Assembly: GCF_001194135.2 (NCBI RefSeq)
Contig: NC_068984.1
Span: 96,886,564 to 96,936,470, forward strand
Length of the DNA stretch: 49,907 bases
Direction: 5' to 3'
DNA from: Octopus bimaculoides
Lineage: Eukaryota
Below the pieces are notes generated by a model. It made no database searches. It was not told where the DNA came from and worked only from the letters and a program-made list of their open reading frames with translations. Positions 36,824 to 48,958 of the stretch are shown here, one piece after another (the first letter of the stretch is position 1; every line of letters begins with the position of its first letter). The position numbers and the translations under genes were made by a program.

Positions 36824-37133
36824 AAAAACAAACAAGATGAGGACAAATATCCGTCATATATAAATAATGTACATAATTCCTCATCTCTTAAATATAGAAC
36901 TGTAAATCTTAACTGTTTCCTCTTGAAGCACATCTGCTTATTTCATTGTTACCATCCAATATGTGGTCATAGTTGCTCTTGCATGTTAGTCACATATTAA
37001 AGTTGAAAATTACGGAAATATGTAAAGTTGTTCCATAACAAAATAGGAGAGTGCGAACTTTTCGGCATCAATGTATAGCACATTGGTGAGTGAAACGCGT
37101 GTAGTGGAGCATGAGAAATGCCGAGAAGTTTTC

Positions 37134-37310
37134 GGTTCGTTCCCCTGCTCCCGCCCACGCTGCTGCACTTGCCCTTACTTCTCCAACACCACTCTCCTCA
37201 CCGACACCCATCATCGACCCTATCATATCACCGACTCCTTCACCTGCACTTCTACCAATGTCATCTACTGCATCTCCTGCTCTCTCTGCCCTTCTCTATA
37301 CATCTGGCAC
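37134..37310 (+). pseudogene. Penelope-like GIY-YIG endonuclease N-terminal fragment
   Basis: GSFPCSRPRCCTCPY..FTCTSTNVIYCISCSLCPSLYI shows the typical PLE CxxC linker and N-x-IY-x-I-x-C-xx-C..YIG motif. Confidence 0.85.
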
Positions 37311-37479
37311 CCACTTCCATATAACCCACCTCTACCCCCACCCTCAACCTAACCCACACCACACCACACACCACTACACCATACACCACCATATCACACC
37401 ACCACGCACACACGAGCACTGACCACTTCCCAGCTCCATACCATCATTCACACACCTACACATGCACACACGCACACGT

Positions 37480-38030
37480 CAAGTTCAGCCCTCTTCCACA
37501 CGCACATACATACTCTCTTATACATACGCACGCGCAACCTTCGTTTTGGGATCACCACTACTCTGTTATCTCCTCTTCTTCCTAGCTCTCCTGTGTGACC
37601 CCTCTGTCCGGCATTCGCCATGATAGATCGCTAGCTACTACACATTTCTTTATATTTTCTCCTTGTTTCTTTCTGTGTTCCTTTCTGTGGAAAAGCGTAG
37701 GCTCGAAACGTTAAAGACTTTTTCATTTCCCGAGTGTTAAACTAATACATCTGTTTGTTGTCTACACCACCAGTCTTCGTCTTCTGGGGGGTTTTTTGGT
37801 TTTTTTTTTTTTGTGAATTCTCCTTGACTGCGTGTGTATCGTTGGCGATTTTCTTTCTCTGTCTTTCATTCTTTGGACTTTTTCTATATTTCTGATGAAG
37901 AGCTCCGCTCGAAACGTGAAATTCTCTTTCTTTTCTTTCCTTTCCTGAGAGTCCAATAACACTATACTTATTCCACGTCCTCGCGTTCTTGTTTTTTCTT
38001 GCTTGTTCATGTTTGGATTGACTACATATA
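37480..38030 (+). mobile_element. Two tandem Penelope pseudo-LTR-like segments, each with a hammerhead-like motif
   Basis: 37681-37716 CUUU-CUGUGGA-A-AAGC(gtag)GCUC-GAAACGUU-AAAG; 37888-37922 AUUU-CUGAUGA-A-GAGC(tcc)GCUC-GAAACGUG-AAAU. Both lie downstream of the GIY-YIG fragment. Confidence 0.7.
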
Positions 38031-38335
38031 TATATATATTTGCATAATATTTTTATTTGTGTTGTTAAATGTTTTAATTCGGTCTGTTTTCCTCGCATAC
38101 TGTTTTTCTCTGTTATATTGGTGCGCTACGGTGGATTACTTAAGACTTGGGTCTTATTTCTAGCAGGTAGAAGCTCATTAAGCATCATTACGATATTTCA
38201 TAGCTCCTTAAAGCTATCATTACTGCGTTCCACCAATGCTACTACTGGTGATATCATCAAATTTTGAATTTATCCACAGATGATATGAACAGTAGTGACA
38301 TCTAACTTCAAATCTCAGTGTTTGAATATTTCATT

Positions 38336-38476
<141 letters not shown>

Positions 38477-38504
38477 ATGTATATACATACATGTACATAT
38501 ATAC

Positions 38505-39767
38505 ACACAAGAGAGTCGACTGAAAAGCTTATTAGGCTGGTGAAATGCGGCCAAATGAACTTTATTTTTCAACATAATTCCCCTTGCAGCCCACACAATT
38601 CTTCCATCAGTGTTACAGCGCTTGAATCCCATTAGTGAAGAAGCTGTCCTTTTGACCAAAAAAGTCATTAACAGCAGATATAACATTATCATCACTGCGA
38701 TACTGGTTCCTAGTTAAGTGCTTTTCTGTTAGGAACAGATAATAAGTGGAACCAAATCAGGAGAATGTGGAGGGTGATCAACCAGTTCAAAGCCACAGTC
38801 ACGCACAGCAGACATTGAAACCAAGGACTTGTGTCCTGGAGCATTGTCCTGATGAAGCAAGACCCTTTACGTGAGTTTATCTGGGCATTTGGCCTTGATA
38901 GCCTTTCGTAACTACCTCAGCCTCAGCAAGTTGGCATAGTACTTTCCATTGATAGAGCGACACTTTCGAATATAGTCAATAAACACAATGCCTTTTGCAT
39001 CCCCAAAAACTGAGGTCATCATTTTCCTGCAGATGAAAAGACCTTGGCCTTCTTTGGAGCAGATTACGAGGAGTGTTTCCACTGCATGGAATGTCACTTT
39101 GTCTGTGGCTCAAAGTGATGAAGCCAACACTCATGCTGGATCGAGAAGCGTTCAAAGAAACCAGCTAGATCTGCCTGAAAGAATATCATATTTTCCCATG
39201 ATGTGATCAGCCTAGTGAGCTTTTGACTAGGTATCAGAAAACGTGACATCCACCGAGCAGAAACTTTCATCATGCTAAGGTCACTGTGCAGAATATTCTC
39301 AACTCTTCCACGGGATATACCAATAGCATTGGCTATTTGATTTACAGTGAATTGCCTTTCCTCCATCACCATGTTCTCTTCAGTAGTAGCAGTTGCAGGA
39401 CGTCCAGACTTTGGGTCATCTTCAAGACTCTCCCTTCTCCTCCTAACTGCAGCTGCCCACTTTTGTACTGTTGATAAAAAGCTGGTGCGCCATTCCCTAA
39501 TATAACAACGATGTCACCATGAGTGTCCTTGGGGGTTAAAACTTTTCCGCAGGTACTTGATCACACCACAATGCCAAATTTTGTTGATTATCAAGAGAAA
39601 TCACTACTAGTTACTTCTGAAGTATTCTTTGAACCGTCAGATGTCAGTTTACCAGAAAAGAAATGAAGCAGTTATTAATAAGTGTTGAAATTAATGCATG
39701 CAAGATTTCACAGCTCTAGCATCACTCCTTCATAATCAGCCTATGAACTTTTCAACCCACTCTTGTG
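38505..39767 (-). mobile_element. Near-full-length decayed mariner transposon
   Basis: Inverted termini (acaagagagtcgactgaaaagcttattaggctg / cagcctatgaacttttcaacccactcttgt). Transposase motifs KVSARWM, WLHHFEP, IVFIDY, LHQDNAPGH and HPPHSPDL, with stops and frameshifts. Confidence 0.9.
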
Positions 39768-40459
39768 TTTGTGTGTGTGTGTGTGTGTGTGTGCGTGCGT
39801 GTGTGTGTGTTTGCGCGCGTGCGTGTGTGTGTGTGTTTGCGCGCGCGCACATCACGTGACCACGTGGTCATGCGACCGACCAGCCTCTCAGATGTTACAT
39901 ATCGCTGGTCACAATGCGCTTTACATCGTTTTAGCTTTCGTGAGTGTAACAGTCTAACCATCAGGCTACACGTCTTGTATGTGTGTGTATGTGTGTGTAT
40001 GTTTGTATGTGTGTATGCTCAATATCAGTTGTATAACGACACTACAATCCTAATAATGAATGACTATATTGTAAAAATAATATTATCCTATTATAAAATT
40101 TTCCGATTAACATCTGATTTATAGTATATCAATGGACAATAAAATGAATAGAAAGAACCAGCACTATTCTAAACGCGAAACAATTGAAACCGAACAGTCA
40201 CACGGAGCAGAAACATAAACGAGAGAATAAAAACACGCTTTATATAATTATATTTTAATTATATAGAGAAATTACCCTATTGGATATCCTAGTGATTTCA
40301 GCGCTTTAAAGGAAGATCACTACACTTCTGATGGTGTGAAACAGCGTTGAATATATAAATATATATTCTAACGCTATTTAGGAACAACGAATAAATCGGA
40401 AACATTAGTATATGTGGTGTTTGCGGTGTTATGGGCTGTGATGAGCTATGTGGTGTTGG

Positions 40460-41600
40460 TGGAGAGGATTACAGATGAGGCAAACGGAAGTGACGACTGC
40501 AGTCAGCCACAACAATGCGTCAGATGTTATGGGAAACAAGACATTAGCCAAAAGAATGGACCCTATCCTTGATAACACCTATTCTGCCAGAATTACATAA
40601 CCATCAGTGTGATATTTGGTCAGTCATCCCTGCAAAGTACTGCTGAACAGATTCTAACAGACAAAAGGCAAGGAAAATAAGAATACATTAGAAAAAGAAA
40701 TAAAAAAAGAAGACTGCTGAGAAATATCTCCAACACCAATGCTTCTTCCATCACAACTCATTAACTTTAAAAAAAAACCTTTGACTATATTTGACATGAG
40801 GATTTGTAGCAAATGATGAAAAATTTCAATTTCAACAGTAACCACATCCAAGTGATTCAAGCACTGTATGATAATTCAAGCAAGACAGTTCTCCTGAATA
40901 GCAACATCGCGTACGTCTTCGAACAATTGATGGAGCTCATCAAGGATACCTCTTCTCACCAATGTTTTTCAACGCCGTCATGGAAAACTTCATGCGAGAA
41001 ATATTATGTGACTTCCACACCTCTATTACCATAAGAGAAGGGCTTTATACAACCTATATTTTGTTGACAATATTAGCCTCAGACGAGGCAGCAAAGCAAG
41101 ACTCAAGAACTCACTAGCGGACTAAAAAGAGCATCAAATGCCTCCAATGAAGTTTTTTCAAGAAACGACAATATTGTAATCGATAGCCACAATCGGAATG
41201 CAGCAAGCAACATCATCCTGAACAGATAAAAATCATTACGAAGCGGACAATTTAAATTGCTTGGATCTACTTTCAGCGAGGACAGCAGCTCAATAATGGA
41301 AATGAAAGCGAGATTTAGCCCTGTCTTAACTGCTATGATGAAGCTGAATGTCATCTGGAAAACCATTTCTGTCAGTTTTCCCCACAAAGCTCAAACTTTA
41401 CAATCCCAAAGCACCTCCGATTTGGCTGCATGGGTGCGAAAGTTAGACACTCACAGTTACCATGGATCGTAGAATCCAGACGCTCGCGGGAAAGTGCTAA
41501 AAGAAGCCTGTGACGCATCTCGTACACAGTGTACACAACAAATATCTTTGTCATGCAGCAAGTCACAAAATATACTGGTAAAACGAGAAAGGTTAAGATT
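40460..41600 (+). pseudogene. RTE-clade LINE reverse transcriptase relic
   Basis: LWE..PKEW, SHPCKVLL, IQALYDN, QG..SP..FN, LGST.S.D and GCES.TL motifs in shifting frames. Confidence 0.8.
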
Positions 41601-41642
41601 AGTGCTTACGACTAAGGTTTGTGTTATGTATGTAACAATGGG

Positions 41643-41675
<33 letters not shown>

Positions 41676-42312
41676 CGTATTCCTTCGATTTCAACTACAT
41701 ATATTATTCCTTTCTATGTCTTCCTAACAGAGTAGATTATGCTTCAGTGACGAGGCCTGATATGACTGAAATATATCCATTGCTTTCATCATTTCGCTTT
41801 AAAGACCAGATTTGTCATATTCTCTAAAAAAGAAAAAATATGAACTGATCCCACTGGGAATATGTCACTCTGTTGGTAAATTGGTAAATTCACTTGGACA
41901 CAATTTTTCAGATGACTATATTACATGTATGAGACCCTATAACATATGAATGTATATATGTAAGCATGTATGTATGCATGTGTGTAAGAATGTGAGATGT
42001 TTATGTGTGTGTACGTTTGTTGTGTGTGCAAATACCCGTCAAATGTAAATATTGTAAGTAGATCTAGACTTTACAATTTTTCATTCTATATCCAGACAGT
42101 TCTGATCGATTACCAATCGATAATCAATACAAACCAACTATATGACCGTTGTCAACCTAAACAAGTTACACTAGATTTCACAGATTTCATGTTGACAGGA
42201 AGTTCAATTCCCACAACGACCTAAATATTTATGTTAATAGTTGTGCCTTATTGGTTTTACTCCATTCTGATTTAATGTGTATTGCACAAATAAAAGACAC
42301 ACACACACACAC

Positions 42313-42359
<47 letters not shown>

Positions 42360-42371
42360 NNNNNNNNNNAA

Positions 42372-42409
<38 letters not shown>

Positions 42410-42417
42410 CACACACA

Positions 42418-42450
<33 letters not shown>

Positions 42451-42536
42451 GCGCATAGGTTCTACTCATACGTTTTCATATACTTTTAATTATCGATGCG
42501 ATATTTAGATCTTGAACTGATGTTCATAAACACACA

Positions 42537-42555
42537 CCTAAGGTATTTTTCGATG

Positions 42556-42616
<61 letters not shown>

Positions 42617-42619
42617 TCA
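42537..42619 (-). mobile_element. Fragment of the tRNA/(AAT)n/hammerhead family: linker only
   Basis: Reverse complement reads tgacctgaa-(taa)n-acatcgaaaaataccttagg, matching 36657-36746. Confidence 0.7.
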
Positions 42620-43324
42620 ATAATAATAATAATAAGAAGAAGAAGAAGAAGAAGAAGAAGAANNNNNNNNNNNNNNNNNNNNNNNNNNNNNNNNNNNNNN
42701 NNNNNNNNNNNNNNNNNNNNNNNNNNNNNNNNNNNNNNNNNNNNNNNNNNNNNNNNNNNNNNNNNNNNNNNNNNNNNNNNNNNNNNNNNNNNNNNNNNNN
42801 NNNNNNNNNNNNNNNNNNNNNNNNNNNNNNNNNNNNNNNNNNNNNNNNNNNNNNNNNNNNNNNNNNNNNNNNNNNNNNNNNNNNNNNNNNNNNNNNNNNN
42901 NNNNNNNNNNNNNNNNNNNNNNNNNNNNNNNNNNNNNNNNNNNNNNNNNNNNNNNNNNNNNNNNNNNNNNNNNNNNNNNNNNNNNNNNNNNNNNNNNNNN
43001 NNNNNNNNNNNNNNNNNNNNNNNNNNNNNNNNNNNNNNNNNNNNNNNNNNNNNNNNNNNNNNNNNNNNNNNNNNNNNNNNNNNNNNNNNNNNNNNNNNNN
43101 NNNNNNNNNNNNNNNNNNNNNNNNNNNNNNNNNNNNNNNNNNNNNNNNNNNNNNNNNNNNNNNNNNNNNNNNNNNNNNNNNNNNNNNNNNNNNNNNNNNN
43201 NNNNNNNNNNNNNNNNNNNNNNNNNNNNNNNNNNNNNNNNNNNNNNNNNNNNNNNNNNNNNNNNNNNNNNNNAGATGTATATATATGTATATACATACAT
43301 ACATACATACATACATACATACAT

Positions 43325-43520
43325 AGGTAAAACATCTAGGAGCATTGTGGAACGGCTAAATAAAACATATGAGATAATATGACGACAAAAAACAGTTCTC
43401 CATACTCTACCAACATGCCAAAGACCAGGCAACTTGGATCAACTTGACATCCGCATCTTATCCAAGCACCCAAAAAACCCAACTCTAAGACAAATACGGG
43501 AGTACGTCCATTGTTACATG
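43325..43520 (+). pseudogene. Probable Penelope-like GIY-YIG C-terminal relic
   Basis: TSRSIVERL..IRILSKHPKNPTLRQIRE resembles the T.R.L..R..EH..I.IL..H....LR..E pattern. Confidence 0.45.
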
Positions 43521-43719
43521 TGTTAAAATAGAAATGGCGGTAACCCGTAGTGTTATTACCTTTTAATTTGCAGTTTGTCTTTCTTTGTAAGATTCCTGTG
43601 TCTGTGTTTCGTGAATGTAAGCGTATGTGCCTGTGTGTACGGTTTGTCCAGTATCAGTGTTCCGGTTTAAAAGTTTTAGGTGCGTTGCCTCACACATGAA
43701 AGCGAGTTCTAGCAACCCT

Positions 43720-44270
43720 CAGTGTAAAGCAGTAGTCGATTATTGCCAAATAGTTTCCTAGTTTTCTCCACAACACAACTGAACCGTCTGTAATTGGGAA
43801 GCGTGAAGTGGCCTACGCGACATGGAACCAGCTCGGACTGTGCCCTGCTAACGTCCATCGTCCTCTCCCTTCTGTGGACATCCCTTCCAAAAGAAACGGG
43901 ACGCCATCCATTGTACATGATCTCAGACGAGATAGTGGCCGACTTGACCAGAACCGTCTGGCATGTTTCCGCTCAACCGCCGATCCGCACAGCGGAGCTT
44001 GGCTCAGTGCAATGCTATCACTCGTGACTGGCACTCAGCTTGATAGCTACTGTTTGCGTATCGGCGTTTCCTAAGCTTGGCCTCCAGATCTGTGAGCCGC
44101 GTGAATGCCGCTGCTGATCCACTGTGGATTCTTTTGGGTTCTACCAACTGTCATGCCATTATAATGCTGGCCATCTTTCACGTGGGTCAGAGCAGCTTTC
44201 CTAGTGCATCTCCCTCGCCATCCTAGAAACGTATAGAACAGATTATTGTTGTTCAGTTCCTGTTCAGGTT
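43720..44270 (+). pseudogene. CRE-clade (RLE-type) non-LTR retrotransposon C-terminal relic
   Basis: RSTADPHSGAWLSAM..LRIGV..LGLQICEPRECRC..VDSFG..LSC..AG follows the GAWL / LRLG / CxC..D..G.H..C pattern. Confidence 0.65.
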
Positions 44271-45329
44271 TAAACCAACCTACCAATTATCAAAGGCCTT
44301 TCATCAAGAACAGTCTTCTTTTTCTAATTTTTTTTTCAAACATAGTCTATCTACTAGTACAGTATTTAATGCGTCCTTCTTGCTTTTAAACACGCATCAG
44401 TGCTATTTCTTGTAAGTCAAGTGACAATGTAGGTTTCCCGTTGATAGTTGGTCTGAATCGTTTTGCTAGTTTTACATAATGTAGTAATCAATCGTTTAAT
44501 TCATGTAATAATCAAACATGCTTTAAGCAACACTTTCCTTATTTATTTAGTACGTTATCTCTTACTTAGCTTTTGTTTCCATGCCAATGGCGCCACTTGG
44601 TTACCACGTGGAGTGTGCCCCTGTCATTGTTTTTCACTGGTTTATTCGTTTTGAAGCAGTTCTATCTATCCGATATTTTCTGTTGAGATAATATATTATT
44701 TTCCAAGCACTACAAGGAGTTTATGTCAAACACTAAGCTTTCACCAGAGGCACAAGATTAAATAAGGAACTCAATGATAAGTTGTTGTTACAGTAGACAT
44801 TATGTTAGATGACGTAAGTAAACCAAATGTTTGTTCTAAAACGTTTGGTCACGGTTGATCAGAAATTCAGACAAAATGCTTAGAAAAAATTGTAAACATC
44901 AAAACACACAGAACTTGCTAAACCTGTTTGCTAAAACCTCTTTAGTGTTTTTAAAAAAGTCACTGAGTGGAAAGACTAATATTTTCATTCAATATTGTGT
45001 TTACTTATTTCTAAAAGATTCGCCGACAATAGTTTGGGTAGAAAATCTGATCTTATTTTTGTTTTTCTTTGCACAAGTTACTCAAAATCTTTCATAGTCC
45101 ACGTACACAAAAAGTCTTATTATGTACAAATTTTCTTTTCCATATTGACACAAAAAATACGTACTGAAAAATATGTACTGCAAAAATGTGTGTGTGCGTG
45201 TGTGTTTTTTATAGGAAGGACTTCGGTCTTGTATTATAAATAGGAAGTTACAATGTTCTATTCTCTGCTGTTATCTAGAAATTTCAATTAAGATAATTTC
45301 CTTGCTAGAAGACAGGATCTTGCACTCCG

Positions 45330-45720
45330 CACTATTTATTTTCAGACTATATTTGGGTGTGTCGTCAGCGAATCTAATATCTTAAAACTGAGTACAGACT
45401 TAAATCTAAATCTTTCAGATCTTTCATAATAAATTCCAGTCATATTGAGAAGGATGAAGAATAGCAGGCTTCCTTGTGTAAAACCTGTGAATACTCCAGT
45501 CGGTCAGTTAACCATCAATGGTCATGGCAAACTCATTATTTTTCAATCGTCCTATATAAAAGATGGTATTTAAGTCTATTGATGTCATCTGCCACAAGAA
45601 CTTCCTCAAGATTGTGTTGAAAGCAGTTTTTAATTCAACGAAGCTGAAGAGTCGAAGCATTCGTTGTCTTTTTGTTTTCTTCAATTATTCTTCAGACAAT
45701 AAAAATTGCTTCAGTTGTAT
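45330..45720 (-). pseudogene. CR1/L2-like RT relic
   Basis: GFTQGSLLFFILLN and RFADDT motifs; many stops. Confidence 0.55.
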
Positions 45721-45900
45721 CTCTGTTGGGTCTGAAGCTGAATTTACACTTTCCTTTTGCTTCTTTTTTTTACTTTTCATTCTCTTGAGAGTCTTTTAAA
45801 GGATTTTTCAGGTTACCACTTTGTAGTTTGCTGGCGTCGATTATCATCTTTGTTATATATTGGTGTTAGAGCCAATAACACACACACTCACGCACGCACG

Positions 45901-45943
<43 letters not shown>

Positions 45944-46833
45944 GTATGAGGTGCTCCACGAAATTGCTGGACAGTCGACGGTTGGTTTGTCCGATGTACA
46001 TCGAATTCCAGAATGAATATTAGAATGCATCTACGGCGTCGTTAAAGGTACATCAGAAATAGTCCCCAATATAGGAGGTGCTGTGGCTGGGTCCGATGAG
46101 GATGGTGGTGTTTGACTAAAAAAGGGCAAGTGTAACAGCGATGACGGCTGCAGGTTAAAAATAAGGGAGGGAGGATGGATGTAAGGAAGAAGAAGCAGTT
46201 TACGAGAAGGTTACGTACGTTGCCGAATAAGAATTGTGTGGGAGATGGAGGCGGTGAAATGAGGAAAGGAGTAAAAGAAGCTGGTGCAAGAAATGTGTGT
46301 GTGTTTTAACAATTGGTTGACTGAAGTAAAGTAAATGTCAACAAGTTCTGCATAAAAGATTTTGGATTCGGTAATATAGTACCACGTCACAGAAATATAT
46401 TTACACTAATGCAATATTAAGATAGGGTAAAATCCCGAATGCCGGGAAACTATTGACCGTCTGTGTGTGAAGAAAGTCAATCATAGGAAGTTTGAATGAT
46501 AGGTAAAGATTATCTGCAATGAGGATTGTGAGATATAACATTTAGTCACTTTGTTAACTTGTGGGAATCTATTTGCTATAATATCTAAACAGGATATCCA
46601 ACCAATCAGGAAGAAAATTATACACAAACGATTGTCTAATAATTTTCCAAAAGTCGGATATGAATTAAACACATTTAGAAAAAGAAAATAAATGTGCACA
46701 GACAATTTTTCGACTAAACATCTTACAATGAAGACCTAAACAAGACTGGATTGAATTATAGGAAAGTTGGTTATACATCATTAGATGTATACTTGACTTT
46801 CCTATATAAAATTAAGAAATATAAACGGAACGC

Positions 46834-47109
46834 TGAACTCCAGACTATCAACTTAAACAACATTTATTCAGGTGGTAAATATATACATCTTTAGCTCTTG
46901 TTGTTACAGCTTCTGTGTGTGAGCATAGTTGTTGGGACGTTGTTATGTAGATGTGAGCGAGCTGTCGAGTGTAAGTCCGAAAGATGGAGAGTGACAGCTA
47001 TACACGTAAAGAGACTGTCTCCAGAGTTGGGTGTTGGAGACACTGCTTGACACGTCCATGCTCTATTGCTGGCCAGCAAGAAAGAGAATGAATTGAGCGG
47101 GAACGCTTG
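46834..47109 (-). mobile_element. LTR 'A', 3' copy (U3 cut by a gap)
   Basis: Near-identical direct repeat of 48959-49227; AATAAA on the minus strand near 46864. Confidence 0.75.
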
Positions 47110-48168
47110 NNNNNNNNNNNNNNNNNNNNNNNNNNNNNNNNNNNNNNNNNNNNNNNNNNNNNNNNNNNNNNNNNNNNNNNNNNNNNNNNNNNNNNNNNNN
47201 NNNNNNNNNNNNNNNNNNNNNNNNNNNNNNNNNNNNNNNNNNNNNNNNNNNNNNNNNNNNNNNNNNNNNNNNNNNNNNNNNNNNNNNNNNNNNNNNNNNN
47301 NNNNNNNNNNNNNNNNNNNNNNNNNNNNNNNNNNNNNNNNNNNNNNNNNNNNNNNNNNNNNNNNNNNNNNNNNNNNNNNNNNNNNNNNNNNNNNNNNNNN
47401 NNNNNNNNNNNNNNNNNNNNNNNNNNNNNNNNNNNNNNNNNNNNNNNNNNNNNNNNNNNNNNNNNNNNNNNNNNNNNNNNNNNNNNNNNNNNNNNNNNNN
47501 NNNNNNNNNNNNNNNNNNNNNNNNNNNNNNNNGAAAACAAATCGTGATGACTACTGTCCAAGAACTGGAATCACGGAATGTGAAAGTCTGAGTGTTTGTT
47601 TTTACTGAAAGGAAAGAAAATGTATGAGTGCACAAGTGTGTGTGAGAAAAAACACAGAACATAGTAAAAGTGTCTGTAGTATAGACTGCGAAAAATCCCA
47701 AAACACCGAGATAGAGAAAACCAGTTCGTATTAAAATTCCACAAGGAGAATATGGTCTGTTGATTGTGAGTGGAAACATCCACTCTAACAGAGTCGATAA
47801 AACCGAGTGTGTTGATATGGTGTGTCCCTGGTGGTGGGGTTGTTGGCGCACGACATTGTGGTAGACAGTACAATGATGGTGAAGACGTCGGCGCAGGAAC
47901 TGTAATATAGCTGTGGTCTGTATGTGTGGTGGTAATGATGATGACAGTGGTAATGGGTCAGTTGAAACTTGGTGACGTCGGGGGGAATGCTTGTAGTTGG
48001 TAGTAGTAATTGTTGTCGTCACGGTGGTAATCTTGGTTGAACGAAGCTGGTGGCGAAAAGGCTGCTTGGTGATGGGTGTTTGAAAAGGTGCGCTTTTACA
48101 GAGTCGACAGACAAATCTCTGTACGACCATTAGCGAAAACCTCGAAGAAATATTTTCTTAACCCAAGA

Positions 48169-48482
48169 TGAAAAAACGACCGTGCGAACTCAAAAAGGAG
48201 AAATGGTGACGAATGGGAAAACAGAGGACTCCTTTTATTTAAACGTGTCACACGGTCGAACACCAAAATATATATCAAAGATGATATACAAGTAATTATG
48301 TTATACTACGGTAACATAGATTTCGTAAATACCAGTAATGAGACGATAGAAAAGACAACCGTATGAAATGAATAACAAGAGTTATTGTGTGGCATAAAAG
48401 ATGTATGTGTATGTGAGAGTGTGAATGCAACATATAAGAACATAATAAAAAAACAGGCCGTCTATATGTATGTGAAATATCA
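48169..48482 (-). mobile_element. 3' part of an LTR of the 13059-14095 family
   Basis: Reverse complement aligns to ~13810-14095 (acggcctg..ttcgaccgtgtgac..cgtcaccatttctcctttttg..cgcacggtcgtt), ending in CA. Confidence 0.8.
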
Positions 48483-48958
48483 NNNNNNNNNNNNNNNNNN
48501 NNNNNNNNNNNNNNNNNNNNNNNNNNNNNNNNNNNNNNNNNNNNNNNNNNNNNNNNNNNNNNNNNNNNNNNNNNNNNNNNNNNNNNNNNNNNNNNNNNNN
48601 NNNNNNNNNNNNNNNNNNNNNNNNNNNNNNNNNNNNNNNNNNNNNNNNNNNNNNNNNNNNNNNNNNNNNNNNNNNNNNNNNNNNNNNNNNNNNNNNNNNN
48701 NNNNNNNNNNNNNNNNNNNNNNNNNNNNNNNNNNNNNNNNNNNNNNNNNNNNNNNNNNNNNNNNNNNNNNNNNNNNNNNNNNNNNNNNNNNNNNNNNNNN
48801 NNNNNNNNNNNNNNNNNNNNNNNNNNNNNNNNNNNNNNNNNNNNNNNNNNNNNNNNNNNNNNNNNNNNNNNNNNNNNNNNNNNNNNNNNNNNNNNNNNNN
48901 NNNNNNNNNNNNNNNNNNNNNNNNNNNNNNNNNNNNNNNNNNNNNNNNNNNNNNNNNN

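Larger units (their letters stand above)
36387..36903. mobile_element. ~500-bp palindromic head-to-head pair of tRNA-half/(AAT)n/hammerhead repeats
   Basis: Order is minus unit, (TAT)n, ctgcctggaatcaaactc, spacer, gagttcgactccaggcagtgacctg, (AAT)n, plus unit ending cctcatctcttaaatatagaac. Confidence 0.88.

Noticed and set aside
37058-37105. Hairpin followed by GAAACGCGT
   Set aside because: No CUGANGA core upstream.
40485-40495. CGGAAGTGACG ETS/CRE composite motif
   Set aside because: It lies within the 5' edge of the RTE relic, so coincidence is likely.
41746-41783. GTGACGA-GGCC..GACT-GAAATATATC, hammerhead-like
   Set aside because: C3 is missing, stem II is mismatched and stem I does not pair. 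Possibly an old relic, but not supportable.
44583-44612. CCAAT, TGGCGCCA and CCACGTGG cluster
   Set aside because: Short motifs with weak flanks and no other promoter evidence.
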